From the NCBI RefSeq assembly GCF_006345805.1, contig NC_043000.1, positions 8,370,001 through 8,434,000 on the forward strand: a DNA stretch of 64,000 nucleotides, read 5' to 3'. Source of the DNA: Octopus sinensis. Taxonomy: Eukaryota. The notes beneath the pieces were generated by a model, which did no database searches, had not been told where the DNA came from, and was given only the letters and a program-made list of their open reading frames with translations. Shown piece after piece: positions 39,845 through 54,233 of the stretch; the first letter of the stretch is position 1, and every line of letters begins with the position of its first letter. The position numbers and the translations under genes were made by a program.

Positions 39845-40595
39845 ATATATATATTAATAGAGAATAATAGATCTCATTCGTATTTTTGGATTCGCTAGTA
39901 CTGGGTATATATATATATATATATGTATGTATAAAGAACATTAATACTCATGAGAGATCTTAATGTTAATGGCTGCATGCTAAAGCCGTATAGGCAAATT
40001 AATTAGATATATTTAAAAACATTATATATAATATGGGCGCTTCTTTTAAATGACACCAGCTTTGCTGAACATAGGAGTTAAAACACTCCGAAGCCACAAA
40101 AATTAACACTATACTTACACGGGCAGGATTGGAAAAAATTTTTTAAGTGAATTAGGGAATTGCCTCTTACCTCTGCAAAAATGCAAGAAGGAATGCCAGT
40201 TAACTTTATAACATGATTTTGAATTTCACACCAAAAGACATGCTCAATTCTCTTTAGCCAAGTCCACCATAAAACAAACACTTAATTATCACTACAGCCA
40301 ATGCCTGAGTTAATATATATATATCAAACAGTCAGAACGAGTGGTCAGTACCGCATTTGGTGGATAAATATTCTTTATTTTGTGCATTAACAATGCTACC
40401 AATATTTTCACGTGTAAAAAAATTTTAGTACCCATTCAAAATGGACATGATTACCAATATCCTATATTAAAATGCTTGAACAATTGTGAAATTGTTTTAG
40501 ACATGAAACCATTGGTAGCATTATTCTCCAAATAAAGTATACATACATACATATGTGTGTTTGTATGTGTGTACATATAGATATGTGTGTGTGTG

Positions 40596-40800
40596 TGTGA
40601 CAATTATTCGGTTGCCATAATAAAACTCCGAGTTTCGGATGTTGGGACAGAAATCTGCTCTGGCATCTTGTCCCTTATCAAGACATAACAAAAATTCTAT
40701 GAAAATGTTTTGTCTTAATAACTGATGAGATGACAGAGCAGATTTCCGCCCCAACATCCGAAACTCGGAGTTTTATTATGGCAACCAAATAATTGTCACA
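40596..40800. repeat. 205-bp foldback with a hammerhead-like motif (40716-40778, +) in the right arm
   Basis: tgtgacaattattcggttgccataataaaactccgagtttcggatgttggg ... ccccaacatccgaaactcggagttttattatggcaaccaaataattgtcaca. Confidence 0.9.
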
Positions 40801-40924
40801 TTATTTTACAGACAAATTCCTCTGTTTACATAATAATGAGGTCTCATTCATTCTTTTGTTGTCATACTATTTCTATCAATATATATATATTTATACACAC
40901 ACACGCACACACTTGCATACATAT

Positions 40925-41460
40925 AAACTTAAACTTAGATAAACTTAGATGTGTTTCGACCAAAGATTGGCCCAGGCCATGTCTAACTTAATAGCACCAC
41001 CTGATAGGATTATTTGAATCCTGTTTAAGTCAAGTTTTGTTTATGGTCCATTCAAGTAGTGAGTTTTTGTTGGGTGAGTTGTATCCAATTATGGGTGGCT
41101 TATCTGGTATTCTTTAAAGGAATCTATCCAGACTCCGTTTAAAGTTGATGGGATCCTGTTCCTCTTTGATCTCTTTCAGGACAATGTTAAATAGGGCAGG
41201 GCCTGTTGAGGAAAAGAAATTATGTTGTAAAGTATATGTATGCTGTGATCTTGAATTGGGCAGGGGACGTATAGCCCGTGGTCCCAGTCTTGGATGAACC
41301 TTGAAGCTTATGTTCAGGTCGTTTGGGCAAAGTTGGCGGTATATTCTCCACATCGTACAAATGATGTACCGCTCACGGCGACGCTGGAGGGAGTAAAGTT
41401 TCAAGGCTTTAAGGCGATCCCAATAATCGAGAGCAGCCATGCCAAAGGAAGTATTCACTT
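40925..41460 (-). mobile_element. 3' fragment of a related, diverged LINE
   Basis: ORF 41114-41458 (LDYWDRLKALKLYSLQRRRERYII...HPRLGPRAIRP) parallels the C-terminus of the 32153 ORF; shares the 3' UTR block ttggcccaggccatgtctaacttaatagcac. Confidence 0.9.
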
Positions 41461-41537
41461 ATTTTCAATTACAAATGGTTACACTGAAAGTGTAACTGAA
41501 ATATGTGTGTGTGTATATATATATATATGTATGTATA

Positions 41538-41598
<61 letters not shown>

Positions 41599-41627
41599 AT
41601 ATATTATATATATGTATATATATATTA

Positions 41628-41675
<48 letters not shown>

Positions 41676-41686
41676 CATACATACAT

Positions 41687-41790
<104 letters not shown>

Positions 41791-41810
41791 ATATATATAT
41801 ATATATATAT

Positions 41811-41942
<132 letters not shown>

Positions 41943-42053
41943 CATATTATATATATATATACATATATATATACATACATATATATATCATATATCATTA
42001 TCGTCATTATCATTGTTTTGACACACACACACACACATCTGCTTATATCTCTC

Positions 42054-42085
<32 letters not shown>

Positions 42086-42129
42086 TATATATATATATAC
42101 ACATTAAGTGTATATATATGTATATAATA

Positions 42130-42164
<35 letters not shown>

Positions 42165-42753
42165 TAGCCACCTATTCTTTTCATTATGCATATATAACTA
42201 TATCATCTTGTTTTTAATGAGGCTGCTTGTGCCTGTGTGTGTGTGTAAATTGTAACCATAAACTTTCAGTTGTCGAATATATTTATAAGAAAATCCCAGT
42301 CACCTGAACATAGTTAATAGGCCACAGAAATGCAATTATTACTCTCAGAATGTATGCACCATTAATGAAAAGGTTCCTGGAGAGTTGTTACATCAAATAG
42401 TAACACAAATGATATTGTTTATTGAGCACGATGGTAAACTAATTCAGGAGCCCTCTTCATCACCTTAATTATACATACTGAATATTGCAAAGAAGAATAG
42501 ATCCAAGATATGCTGCACATTTATGATTCTTGAATTATTGTAATAAACCTGATACCCCCAAGTAGAAACATTTATATAAACCTTTTATGTACATGCAAGT
42601 AAATTCTTTTGGGCGGGGGGGGGGGTCTTTGCAACATGACAATGTTATTGATCTTAAAAATTCATACTAAATTATTAATTTAATGCACATAATTAATTTC
42701 TTCTACCTTCACTGGTGAAGGCATCTTCTAAAAATGTGACAATGTGAGACCTC

Positions 42754-42797
<44 letters not shown>

Positions 42798-43893
42798 TAT
42801 TTAATATCCTTTCCATTTTATTTTTAATTTTCATTCATTATCTTCTGTTTTCTCTAATAATACTACATTACGTTAATTAATTTACTAATACAATTACAGA
42901 GACATCATTCTGTTAAATTAGTAAATATGTGGAGAGAAACTACATATGTAAATATATTATTATAGAAATAGACACAGAAAATTCCTATTAAATATAAATT
43001 TCTTTTAGATCGGCTTTTAAATTTTTTCTGGTTTGTGTTTTTCCTTTCAACATTGAATGTGCACTTCAGAGGAAAATAAGTAATTTAGAGTGACCTCCCT
43101 TAATTTATAAATATAGTCTGCAGCTGAAAGTTTGAAGCTGTAATTGGCACATAAATATACATATGTAAAGATGCCAAAAGAATTAGATTGATTCATTTAT
43201 ACCCATATATGCACACAAACATGTGTGTAAGTATATTCAAACATACATACACACAAATATTAAATACAAGCATGAAACGATTCAGACAAATGTACACAAA
43301 TATGAACTTGTATGCATAGATGTTTGGATACATGTGCAAAACCAAACATCAAGAAAGTATAAACAGAAATATCTCAAATGGTGGAAATACTTGACTCATA
43401 ATTGAAACAGAACAAGAGAAAGGTATATATTTCCATTTCTGTTTTAACAATCTACAAGAAAAGGCAGATTAAGAAGAATTACCTGAAGAGCCATCAAAAG
43501 AAGAAACTATTAGTTGTGATGTTAAGTAATGAAGATTCCACACATATTTTTATACCAATAAATATATGCTTTGTACAAATGTGTTTTTATATAAATATAT
43601 GTTTATATCTGTATATGTGAACATGCATTCTGACTGAGTGGCATTTATATTGAATATAAGTGCACAGATATATACTTATGCTTTTTAACGCTCACAGTAT
43701 AAATAAACTTGCATACATTTGAACAAATTCATATATAGGTAGACATGAATCTTTTCAAATGAATATATATACATATTTGCATTATACACACACACACACA
43801 CGCACATCTACATATATACATTATATACCGGAGTAAGCACATAAATGTGAAACAAGGTGGAAAAAAGAGTACTCAAATACCAGAGGTAGAGTA

Positions 43894-44060
43894 ATATGCT
43901 TTATTTAAAAGCAGCAGAAATATAACAAAAGCTGTTACTCGGAGCTTCACATTCCCGTTTGTCGGACAGTTTTAACTGTTAAAACTGTCCGACGAATGGG
44001 AACGTGAAACTCTGAGTAACAGCTTTTGTTATATTTCTACTGCTTTTAAATAAAGTATAT
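43894..44060. repeat. 167-bp near-perfect palindrome with a hammerhead-like motif (43985-44022, +)
   Basis: Arms of ~80 bp around acagttttaac-t-gttaaaactgt. Confidence 0.9.
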
Positions 44061-44779
44061 ACATTATATATTCACATACACACTCATATACACATACATG
44101 GGTGCATGTCAGTTTATGTGTAACATTGTACAAAAAAGATGTATGTTATTTGGCTTGTTACACCTGTAGGCACTCTTGTATGTTCATAGGTTTAAATATA
44201 TTCCTATTCAGTATGTATCCATATATGGCTACATCAAAATGCATGTTCACAAATACAGATATACAAATATGTTAATATGCATAATGTTTAGACACAAGTA
44301 CTTATTTGTATGAGTATGTGTAACCTATTTCACTCCTCAGGGATGCATTATGTTATCTTCAAATACATTAATGGCCAAGATTCTGTTCCTAACCATGAAC
44401 GTCATCTTACTACTCTCAAGCTTAGCTCTATCTTCTCTTATTTTCCTGTCACTTCCCTTTCTGCCTTCTGTCTTCTGTCTTCCTTCAAACTTTGTACTTT
44501 TTCTTTTCTCCTTTTTCCCTTTCTTTCTTATTTCCCTTTGAAACTACTTCAACTCCGACATCAATTTTTTTAACACAGTTTCAAGAAGATCATGTGTGTG
44601 TATCTGTGTGTGTGTGTGTGTAGGTTTTGTGCTGCAAACAATAAAATAGAATGCTAAACATGAGCATACATATATATTTTATTAATTGATAAGTGCCAAT
44701 GCATGAAATTCTTGGCACTTGATTCATTCTGTAATTTCTGCCAATTATCATTATCAATAATAATAATGATAACAATAAT

Positions 44780-45745
44780 AATTCTTTTCTACTCTAAGCA
44801 CAAGGCCCGAAATTTTTGGGAAGGGCGCCAGTTGATGAGATTGACCCCAGTACACAACTGGTACTTAATTTATTGATCTCGAAAGGATGAAAGGCAAAGT
44901 CGACCTTAGTGGAATTTGAACTCAAGCACGTAAAGACAGACAAAATACTGCTAAGCATTTTGCCCCGCGTGCTAACATATCTGCCAGCTTGCCACCTAAT
45001 AATGATGATGATGATGATGATAATAATAATAATAATAATAATAACTAGGCGAGCTGGCAGAATTGTTGGCTCGCTAGACAAAATGCTTAGTGTATTTTGC
45101 CTGTCACTACATTCTGAGTTCAAATTCCGTTGAGGTTGACTTTGCACTTCATCCTTTCATGGTTGATAAATTAAGTACCAGTTGCGCATTGGGGTTGATC
45201 TAATCGACTGCCCCTCCCCCCTTCACCCCAAAATTTCAGGCCTTGTGCCTATAGTACAAAGGATTATTATTATTATTATCAACATTATTTAAGGCAGTGA
45301 GCTGGCAGAATCGTTTGCATGCCAGGCAAAATACTTAGTGGCATTCCGTCCATCTTCTTCTGAATTCAAATTCTGTTGCAGCCGACTTTGCCGTTCGTCC
45401 TTTCAGGGTTGATAAAATATGTACCAGTTGAGTACTTGGGTTGATCTAATCAACTTAGTCCCTCCCCCAAAATTTCAGGCCTTGTGCATTCAGCAGAAAG
45501 GATTATTATTAGTATTATCATCTTCATCATCATCATTATTATAATCAGCAGAAACCACACAGTAACTTAGTTCAGATAATACTTTCTACTATAGGCACAA
45601 TGCTCAACTGGTATTTATTTCGTTAACCTTGAAAAGAAGAAAGGTAAAGTCAACCTTGGTAGAATTAGAACTCAGAACGTAAATCGGAAGAAGAACTGCT
45701 GCTAAGCATTTTCTCTGGCTTCTTAATGGTTCTGCCAGCTCATCA
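44780..45745. mobile_element. Cluster of four family-B SINEs (-,+,+,-) separated by (ATT)/(AAT) tracts; other copies at ~2607-2815, 3108-3195, 4920-5130, 8455-8665, 55510-55750
   Basis: Shared ggcgagctggcagaa...ttctgagttcaaattcc...cttttcatcctttc.gggtcgataaattaagtacc...ggccttgtgcct core. Confidence 0.8.
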
Positions 45746-45845
45746 TCTTTAAATCATTTATAATAATAAAATATACAGCCATATATTGAGTTCTACGCTA
45801 ACCTGTTTGTTTTACCAATCCAATATTTGTGTGTTTGCATATATA

Positions 45846-46079
45846 CAGGGTTGGCAAAAAGTCACCTGACAGTAAATCAAAATTCCATAAATACTTAATA
45901 TTCAATTTTATTTATTCATTCCAATTATGAATGTTTAATAATTTAATGCTGTGACTTAAACTCACCAATTTTTTTCAACATTTGTCTATTTATTAGCGAA
46001 GTCTCATGTAAGATAATTTTTTGTTTTAATCTTGGAATTAAATGGTTTTGATTTATTGTCAGGTGACTTTTGGCTATCC

Positions 46080-46082
<3 letters not shown>
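45846..46082. mobile_element. Tc1/mariner-type MITE, 237 bp
   Basis: Imperfect ~40-bp TIRs CAGGGTTGGCAAAAAGTCACCTGACAGTAAATCAAAA / TTTTGATTTATTGTCAGGTGACTTTTGGCTATCCCTG; TA on the left flank. Confidence 0.8.
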
Positions 46083-46147
<65 letters not shown>

Positions 46148-47368
46148 TGGACATAGATATTGCTGAGTGATTAGGTTTACTTTGCAACCATGAAGCCTTT
46201 GGTCCAATTTCCTCCACATGGCATCTAGGGTAGGTGTCTTTACTATAGCCTTCCATGGACCCAGGCCTAACTGTGGGTAGACAGAAACCATGCAGATGCT
46301 CATTAGATGGGCTGTACATGTAATTACAGCTCCATCCTTGTTAGACTGTGTCTTGCTGGTACTGTTTAAGAATTGCATTAAGTGTACACATGTCTATGAG
46401 GTACTCGGTCACTTTTCACACTAATTCAGTGTTTCAGTGAGTAGGTTGTTCAGTTGATCAAACTACTAAACTCTCATTAGTGAAAATCAATGAGGGCGCT
46501 TACCACATATAGATGTGTGCATATGTATGTGAGTCTGTACATATATGTAAACACAACACATACATATATCTACAAACATGTACACACATTCATATACACA
46601 AACATGCATACTCACTCAAATACACACATAATGTTTATATATATATATATGTATATATATATAATATATATGTATATATATATATATATACTCTTTACTC
46701 TTTTACTATGTGTGTATACAATTTAATTTGTGAATTGCAAAATTTAGAGTTTTATTTTTGCTTTACATCTTCTTCTGAGAAATTGAGACAATTTTAAAAC
46801 AGACTTTTGTTCCAATACTAATGTTCAGTGGGCTGCAAAGAGGTATGAAAGAAAAACATTGCTGGGAGAGAGGCTAATAAGTAGCTGAAAGTAGGTGGGT
46901 TTTAAAGAATATTATTAAGAGAAAATGTACTTAGAAGGAAACTTATGGATGATAAACAACAAGGAGTTGTTGATGAGAGGAAGTTAATTTAAAGCTGAAA
47001 GTTAAACTTAATTTCACCTACCTTTGACATGCAGCTCTTCGTTAACATTGGTAATGTTTATATTTTCTCCATAACAATACTTTTCTCTTCAAACCACACC
47101 TACTTTCAACTCATTAATAGCATTCTTCCATTCTTAGTATTTAAGCATTTCATTACCGTATTCCTGTTAAAATTACACTGTGATTGTTTCAATTAATACA
47201 CACACACACATCCTTAAAAATGAATTGATCAGATAAAAGAAGTGAAGTGAGAGAATATTCTATTCCTCTACAGCTGTTTCATAATCATATTACTTATATA
47301 ATTGACATTACATCACCTTTCACATGTATGTACACCAATATATATAAATGCACCATACTCTTGGCTGA

Positions 47369-47551
<183 letters not shown>

Positions 47552-47992
47552 TAATTTAATTACTTTATTTTGTTATTTAGGTTTCAGTAATTCAGTTGTA
47601 ACTTAGAGGTGGCTGTTGCACAATGTTTTGTGTAAAGTAATCTCTGTATTATATCTTCCAACAAGAAAATAATTAAATTCAATTGTTCTTTTTTGAAGCT
47701 GAAATGCTGGGATGAATTTACATGACACACTGTGAAATAACCATCTCCAATGTATTATTGAAACTGATATAAACAGTGAAGTAATTAAATTAAACTTGCT
47801 CTTTTTTTATTTATTTAAAAATTGTACTTTACTCTATGGTCATTGCAGCCTGTACAAATGCACCTTGCTAATATGCATATATATGCTCAAAAGCATTCTT
47901 GTAAGCATATGTGTTGGAGTGTAAAACAATACTTTGAATTCTAAATAAACCTATAAACATATGCTGTGTCTTCTTAAAGCATATTTATAACT

Positions 47993-48042
<50 letters not shown>

Positions 48043-48502
48043 CATGTATGTATGTGTATATATATATATACATACATATATATGTATATATATATATACA
48101 TACATATATATATATTTATATATATACATACATATACATATATATATTATATATACACACACACATACATATATACATTTAAAAAAGATAGAATGTCATA
48201 CTTCGTTCGACATCTATTTTTGTACTTGATTTGTTGTAATTATTTATCTTTTTCATGCAGCACATTATAAACATTGTAAATTCGCACTGTCCAAAATTAC
48301 ACCTGTACCTTGTATTTACTTCAATTCAAATTTGCTTGCTACCTGTAACAGGAAAAAAAAAATTCTTAGTAATTCTCAAACTTCTTACCATTGTTTTTGA
48401 TGTGAGAATGAATAATTTTTCTTTTAGGTAATTAACATGAATGAGAAGGGTTTTGCTTGTTTATTTTATTTGGCTTTGGCATTTGCATATGTGTGTGGTT
48501 AC

Positions 48503-48533
<31 letters not shown>

Positions 48534-51009
48534 TACACATGTTTGTGCCCGCACATACAACGCATATTTGTCCTTCACAGATACACAAGTATATACATAT
48601 GTGTAAACATTTACATTCACATATGCACTATTCTACACACAGACACAAATGTACATGATTTCACATGCATAATCCATTTACACAAAATGAACTGAAATTA
48701 GATTGATATTAAGAGTTAGTTTTAAGTTTACAGGAAAAAATATTTTAAAGTCTCACTCATTTTTGGTTCATAAGAAACCAATATTATTATTATTATTATT
48801 ATTTTTATTATCATCATCATCCTCATCATTCACATGTTCTTTTGAATAAAGAGAGAAAAAAATAATTTAAAAAGTTAGGTTTACAATATAAATGCTGTGT
48901 AACCCTAGTCTGTTGCAGTTGTATCCTGTGAAGGTGAGTTTGGTATCTACCTTCATTTATTTAACCTTCTCCCCCAATTTTAAAATTATTTGAGATCCTT
49001 TTTTTTTTCATTTAGAACCTATGTCCTTGTGACACATAATTGATTTTTTTTTTGTACTGTATACATATTTTTAGAATTTGCTTTAAATTAATCCTCCTTT
49101 TGTGAGAAACTTTGAGACTGAATTTTATCAGAGCATATTTTCATTTCAGTTTAATCTGATAGTACAACAGTGCAAGTGAGGGTTTATGATTTGTACATAA
49201 TCTTTTAAAAATAGCTTTCTTGGCAATGTCACAAGGACCTGGGTCTTTTCCAAATGTTTAGCACGAAGAAGGAAAGACTTACAGCTTACCAAATAACAAG
49301 TGATCATGATTAAAAAGAAAAACGATATTAAGTTATTTTTTTTATGGTCATTTTTAATGGAGGTGTTTGTTATAATTGATTTTGCTACTGCTGCTGTTGG
49401 TCCTCAAAATGCAAACATAAATATAGGCAGGCAAATATAGATATATACATGTGCATATATATAAGCATTTATGTTTGTGTGTATGTATGTATAATGTATA
49501 TATGCATATGTGTGTGTACATATTTGTGTGTGTGTGTGTGTATTGAGAGAAAGAGAAGGAAAGAGGTTAAAGAAGGATAAATGGTGAAAGTGATTTTGGC
49601 AGAATTTGAACTGAAAATGCTGTTTCACAAATTATTTTAGTCCAGTGTTTAATTATTTCTACTATAGGCTATCATTTTTATTAAAAATTAACACCTATCA
49701 CATTTCATTAATCTCGTTATGAACATGAAAAATTTACTCATTGATGTGGGTTCTCAAAGCTAAGCTATTATCTCATGAATGTTAGTAGAATAAAGTTAGC
49801 ACAGTATACTTGTCAGAGTAATTAGATTCCAAGGTTAATACTGTTAATGGGAACTCTTTCACTATAATTACCTTTTGTTTGCCATTTTAGAGAAACTTTA
49901 TTTTAATCATAGAAAATAAAATCATTTGTTGTAAAATTTAGATAATCCCCTTCTTTTAAGAATGAATTTTATACATAACATATTTAGGCATAGAATGTTT
50001 CCAACTGTTATTTATATAAATGCTTATTTTTTCTTTTTTTTTTTCTCAAAATGTTTTAGAGTTCTATTGTGAAACCTGTTAATCTTCAGTAGCTCTCATT
50101 AATGTTACCAATGCTATGTTAAGTGTTTTAAAATTAGCTGATCAAGTTTTGATTGGGTCACTCAGTTAGGACTAAAAGTGCTTTGCCATGACGCTTGTAA
50201 AATTGTACCTTTCTGCTGAGGTTCTCACACTTTTATTTAGAACAATTTAATGTAGAAGTGGTTTCTTCAAGTTATATAGTAATAAAAAGAAGAAAGAAAG
50301 AAAAATTAGTAAACAAAACAATACAAATCTCTACAAATCCGTAGTGAACAAACACATAAAAATCATTGTGAATTGTATTAAACTGATTACTCTCAATGTA
50401 ACAGATAAAAGAGGTTCATCTTATTCTAAGCATCCAATTTAAGGGACATCACAGCAGCAATAGTTATCAACAAGGTGAATGAATGGGTAAACATGGTAAT
50501 ACTGCATGTAGTTTAAGCATGAAACTAAAAGAAAAGAAAAAGAAAAACTGCAAACACATCTTACACTTTTATAATTAAATCCTTGTTTTGTAGCTGGGCG
50601 GCATGGATCAGATTTGTGGCAATCCCTCCCATTTTGCTATTTATCCAAGTCTGTAGCCAGACAGGCTTCTGTTGCTTTCATTGTGTCTTATCGCTTTCTT
50701 CCTGTGATTTGATTTCTTTGTTTGTATTTTTGTTGGTTATGATTCCTCTTGTTAATTGTCATTGACAAATATATATATTATATTTATATTAATTTCTTTT
50801 TGCTGTGTTATAGATTTCAATGATTAAAAAACAGCCTAAATTATTTTTAGATTTTTTTTTTTAACTGCTGGTGCATGCAGCAATATAAATATTTTAAAAT
50901 GATATTGATAAAGTGTTATTGATGAAATTGATGAAGCTGATTGTGAATGTTAGTTGAATGATTCCACATTCTTTGACATATGTTTGATTGATATTGGTTT
51001 TTATTTTAG

Positions 51010-51050
51010 ATCAATTGTATGATCAGATGGAGTATGATGAAAATGAAAGG
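51010..51050 (+). CDS. 41-nt exon, (D)QLYDQMEYDENER, linking the giant exon to the repeat exons
   Basis: ttattttag|AT...AGG|gtatgt; phase 1 in, phase 0 out; matches the giant-exon donor and the 53343 acceptor. Confidence 0.7.
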
Positions 51051-53342
51051 GTATGTATTAATAAAGCACTTTAATAATTTTCCTTCATTTAGAAAGAACT
51101 GAGTCTCTCCTTAAGTTTGTTGGTTATATTGTTCCTTGCTTTGCACTTTCAAATTCTCCAAACAATAGTTTACTCCAATTTTTGTGAACAATACATATAT
51201 TTATTGAAACCATTTTTGTGCCTTGGTGTGTAATTAATACTAAATATCTTTAAGACGCTGATCGGATTTGCCATATACCCTTGTATCTTCCTTTTACCTT
51301 TTACTTGTTTCATTCATTGGACTGGCCATGCTGGGGCACCACATTGAAGGAATTAGTCAAACAAATCAATCCAGCACTTATTTTCTAAATCTGAGACTTA
51401 TTTCATTAGTCCCTTTTGTCTAAATGCTAAGCTCTAGGGACATAAGCAAATCAATACAAATTGTCAAGAACTGGAAGAAGGAAAGTCACAAAGACATACA
51501 TAGACATGCACATGTGTGCACGCATGCACAAACACACACACACACATTTTAGACTTCTGCATAGTTTCCATCTGCTAACTTTACTCATAAGGCATTGGTT
51601 GACTCAGGGCTTTAGTTGAAGATATTTGCCCAAAACACTACATGGTGGGCTTGAACCCGAAAATATGTGGTTGCAATCAAGTTTCTTAACCACAGCCATG
51701 CCTTCTCCTACGTTGCTTCAATATCATATCAGTACATGATATAGACTTTATTCAATTGACTATGTTTCTCCACTACAAAAATAGAACTTGTAAGGGCTGA
51801 GTAAGGAACAAATACCACATGACATTAAGCATTATTTATTTTATGATATTTATATCAAAAAGTATTATTATTTATGTTTATAACATGATTTATTCTGTAA
51901 AAGTAACGTGTGATTTACTCACAAAAGCAGAGGATGTTTTAAGGTCAAAGTAAACGTTTTAGTCATTAGTTGAAGACTCAGACTATTTGATCAAATGTTA
52001 CACTCATATATGTGACCCAAATGAGGTTATTAGCTAAATCTTAATATAAAGTAGTTTGTGTTCATTAGCTTTTTTTTTTTAATATGAAAAAGGCATTAGT
52101 ATATCTTTTTATATATAATTTCAATTATTATTTAATATCAACTATAATTATATGTGAAGCTTGAATAGGTCACTTAATATACTGGAAAGTTAATTATTGT
52201 ATAAATACTTAAATATACTCCTAATAGGATTGTTTAGTTTTTCAATGTAATTTTCTTTTTAATTAAGACTTAAACTAAAAAAAGGTTGTGAAATAAGTTC
52301 AATACTTTGGTACATCTAGTATATTACATAATTAATTCAGAAATTACCAAAATTGCTATGGATTGCAAAACATCGTAAAATTGTATTTAAAAATGCAAAA
52401 ATTGACCTGCTTCATATTTTTGTTTTAAATCGGTGAATTAGATAGAATTAGTTGTCGATACTCAAGGTTTTAAGTTTTTGTATATTAGGTCAGTATCTAA
52501 TTCACATACTTAAACAAAAAACCTTGTTTAAATTCAGCATTAGAATTTTCTTTCTCCTAAGGCATGTAAACTTGTTCCATTTTGTTAAATTTACAGTGCA
52601 GCTAACCTCACATTATAGCACTTTGCTTTAGTCCATTTTCTTATAATTAGATATTATTGTATTTTTAAATAAAACATTTTAACTTTGTAACTTAAGTCCA
52701 CCACAGAGAACAATAATGTCTAGTTATTTATGGCTTCATCCTTATTGATTTAGCTACTTTAACAGGTTTAAGAATGATTTTAATCTCAAAGAAATTAAAT
52801 TGGTTATGAAATAAGTAGTGAGAAATAAATTTAGATTTCAATCCTGACAGCTTTGAAACTGGCGTTTAATAAAGTAATTAATCTTTCTATCAAGATACTT
52901 TAATTCAGATTTCTTGATTAAAGTAAAATGATACAAGGCAATCCTTTCCTCAAACTGAATCCATAATAACCATTTCATTTCACCTCATGTCACAGACACC
53001 TGTGGAAAAGAAATGAACAGTATGCAACCTCAGTGCTTTTATTTATTTATTTATTTTTTTTTTTTTTTTGATTATCATAAAACTATGATCTCATACAGAA
53101 GTCATTGACTAGAGACAACAGAATCTTTTCAGAATGTGGGGGAAAACATTTAATCTTAAGTTTTGTGTATCTTAATAAATCTTCTGAAGTTAATTTCTTT
53201 CTTCTTTATACAAATTTTAGCTTGTAACCACTTTATGAATTACAAAAATGAAAGAAAGCAAGCTTTTTAACTGTAAACCATTCCTGAAAATCTTTGTTGA
53301 TTAATTTCTTTTTTAATATGAAGCATCTTATTTATTTTATAG

Positions 53343-53529
53343 CTCTCACCACTGTCACCAAATGCTAGAAAGAGATATGGGATCAATGCTAGAAATGAAA
53401 CTTATCGCCCAGGAGGAGGGAATGTTCGGATTTTCAGTGAAAAGATGGATTTCAAAAACGTTTCGTCAAGAATTGACTCACGCAGTAAATCCCCTCGGAA
53501 ATCCCCTCCTTCATCAACTCAGAGTCCGG
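53343..53529 (+). CDS. tau: Tau/MAP2-family exon: LSPLSPNARKRYGINARNETYRPGGGNVRIFSEKMDFKNVSSRIDSRSKSPRKSPPSSTQSP
   Basis: tttattttatag|CTC...CCG G|gtaagc; 187 nt, phase 0 to phase 1; PGGGNV-x-I...K-x-DF-x-NV-x-S-R-I-x-S resembles a tubulin-binding repeat. This frame is not the one shown in the ORF track. Confidence 0.85.
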
Positions 53530-53860
53530 GTAAGCAAACTTGACTTAATCAATTGCAGGTTAGATGTATTTCACAAAATGCCACCTGTTCAAAGTAGCCT
53601 AATTGTCTTTTCATTTATTGTTATTGTTTGTTATTTTAAAAAAAATATAAGTGCTTTTACAATTTTAGTCTTAGCAATGTTAAAGCAAGACAAAAAGAAA
53701 ATAGACATAATTTTTTATCACCTGAAGTAGAGAGGATAAGTTATTGAAGACTGGTGATGAAAGGACTTTGGCAAACACAACTGATTGAATGATTAACTGA
53801 GTGATTAATCAATCAACCAATTAGTTAGTTAGTTAAATAACTAACCAAATGAATTTTTGT

Positions 53861-54005
53861 GTCATTCTCTTTTAGTGCCGCATTATCTAACACACCCACT
53901 GGTAAAGTTTCCACTCATTTACTTTATTATTTTTCCTAAAATTTTCGTTGCATCTTGCAACCTTTTCAATAGATGTTGACTAATAAGGCACTAAAAGAGA
54001 ATGAC
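53861..54005. repeat. 19-bp perfect inverted repeat enclosing a small hairpin
   Basis: gtcattctcttttagtgcc (53861-53879) / ggcactaaaagagaatgac (53987-54005); internal gttgca-tct-tgcaac. Confidence 0.75.
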
Positions 54006-54233
54006 TCTCCCCAGACACAACAAAATACGCTTCAACACATGAACTCACATAAAGAATCTTGCAATCCAAATCCAAAAAACGAAGTAACCAAATGATGAAT
54101 AATAAAACATTGAAATTGAATCAGTGCATGTTTATATCATTAGAATAATGACCCTCCCAAAACACTACAAATATATAATTGTAATTTTGTTTTACTTAAA
54201 TGTTAGTTTGCTCCTCAAATTTTGTAGTCTTGA

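Noticed and set aside
53362-53730. 122-aa ORF from the track
   Set aside because: Wrong frame; the real exon (53343-53529) reads in another frame and contains the PGGG motif.
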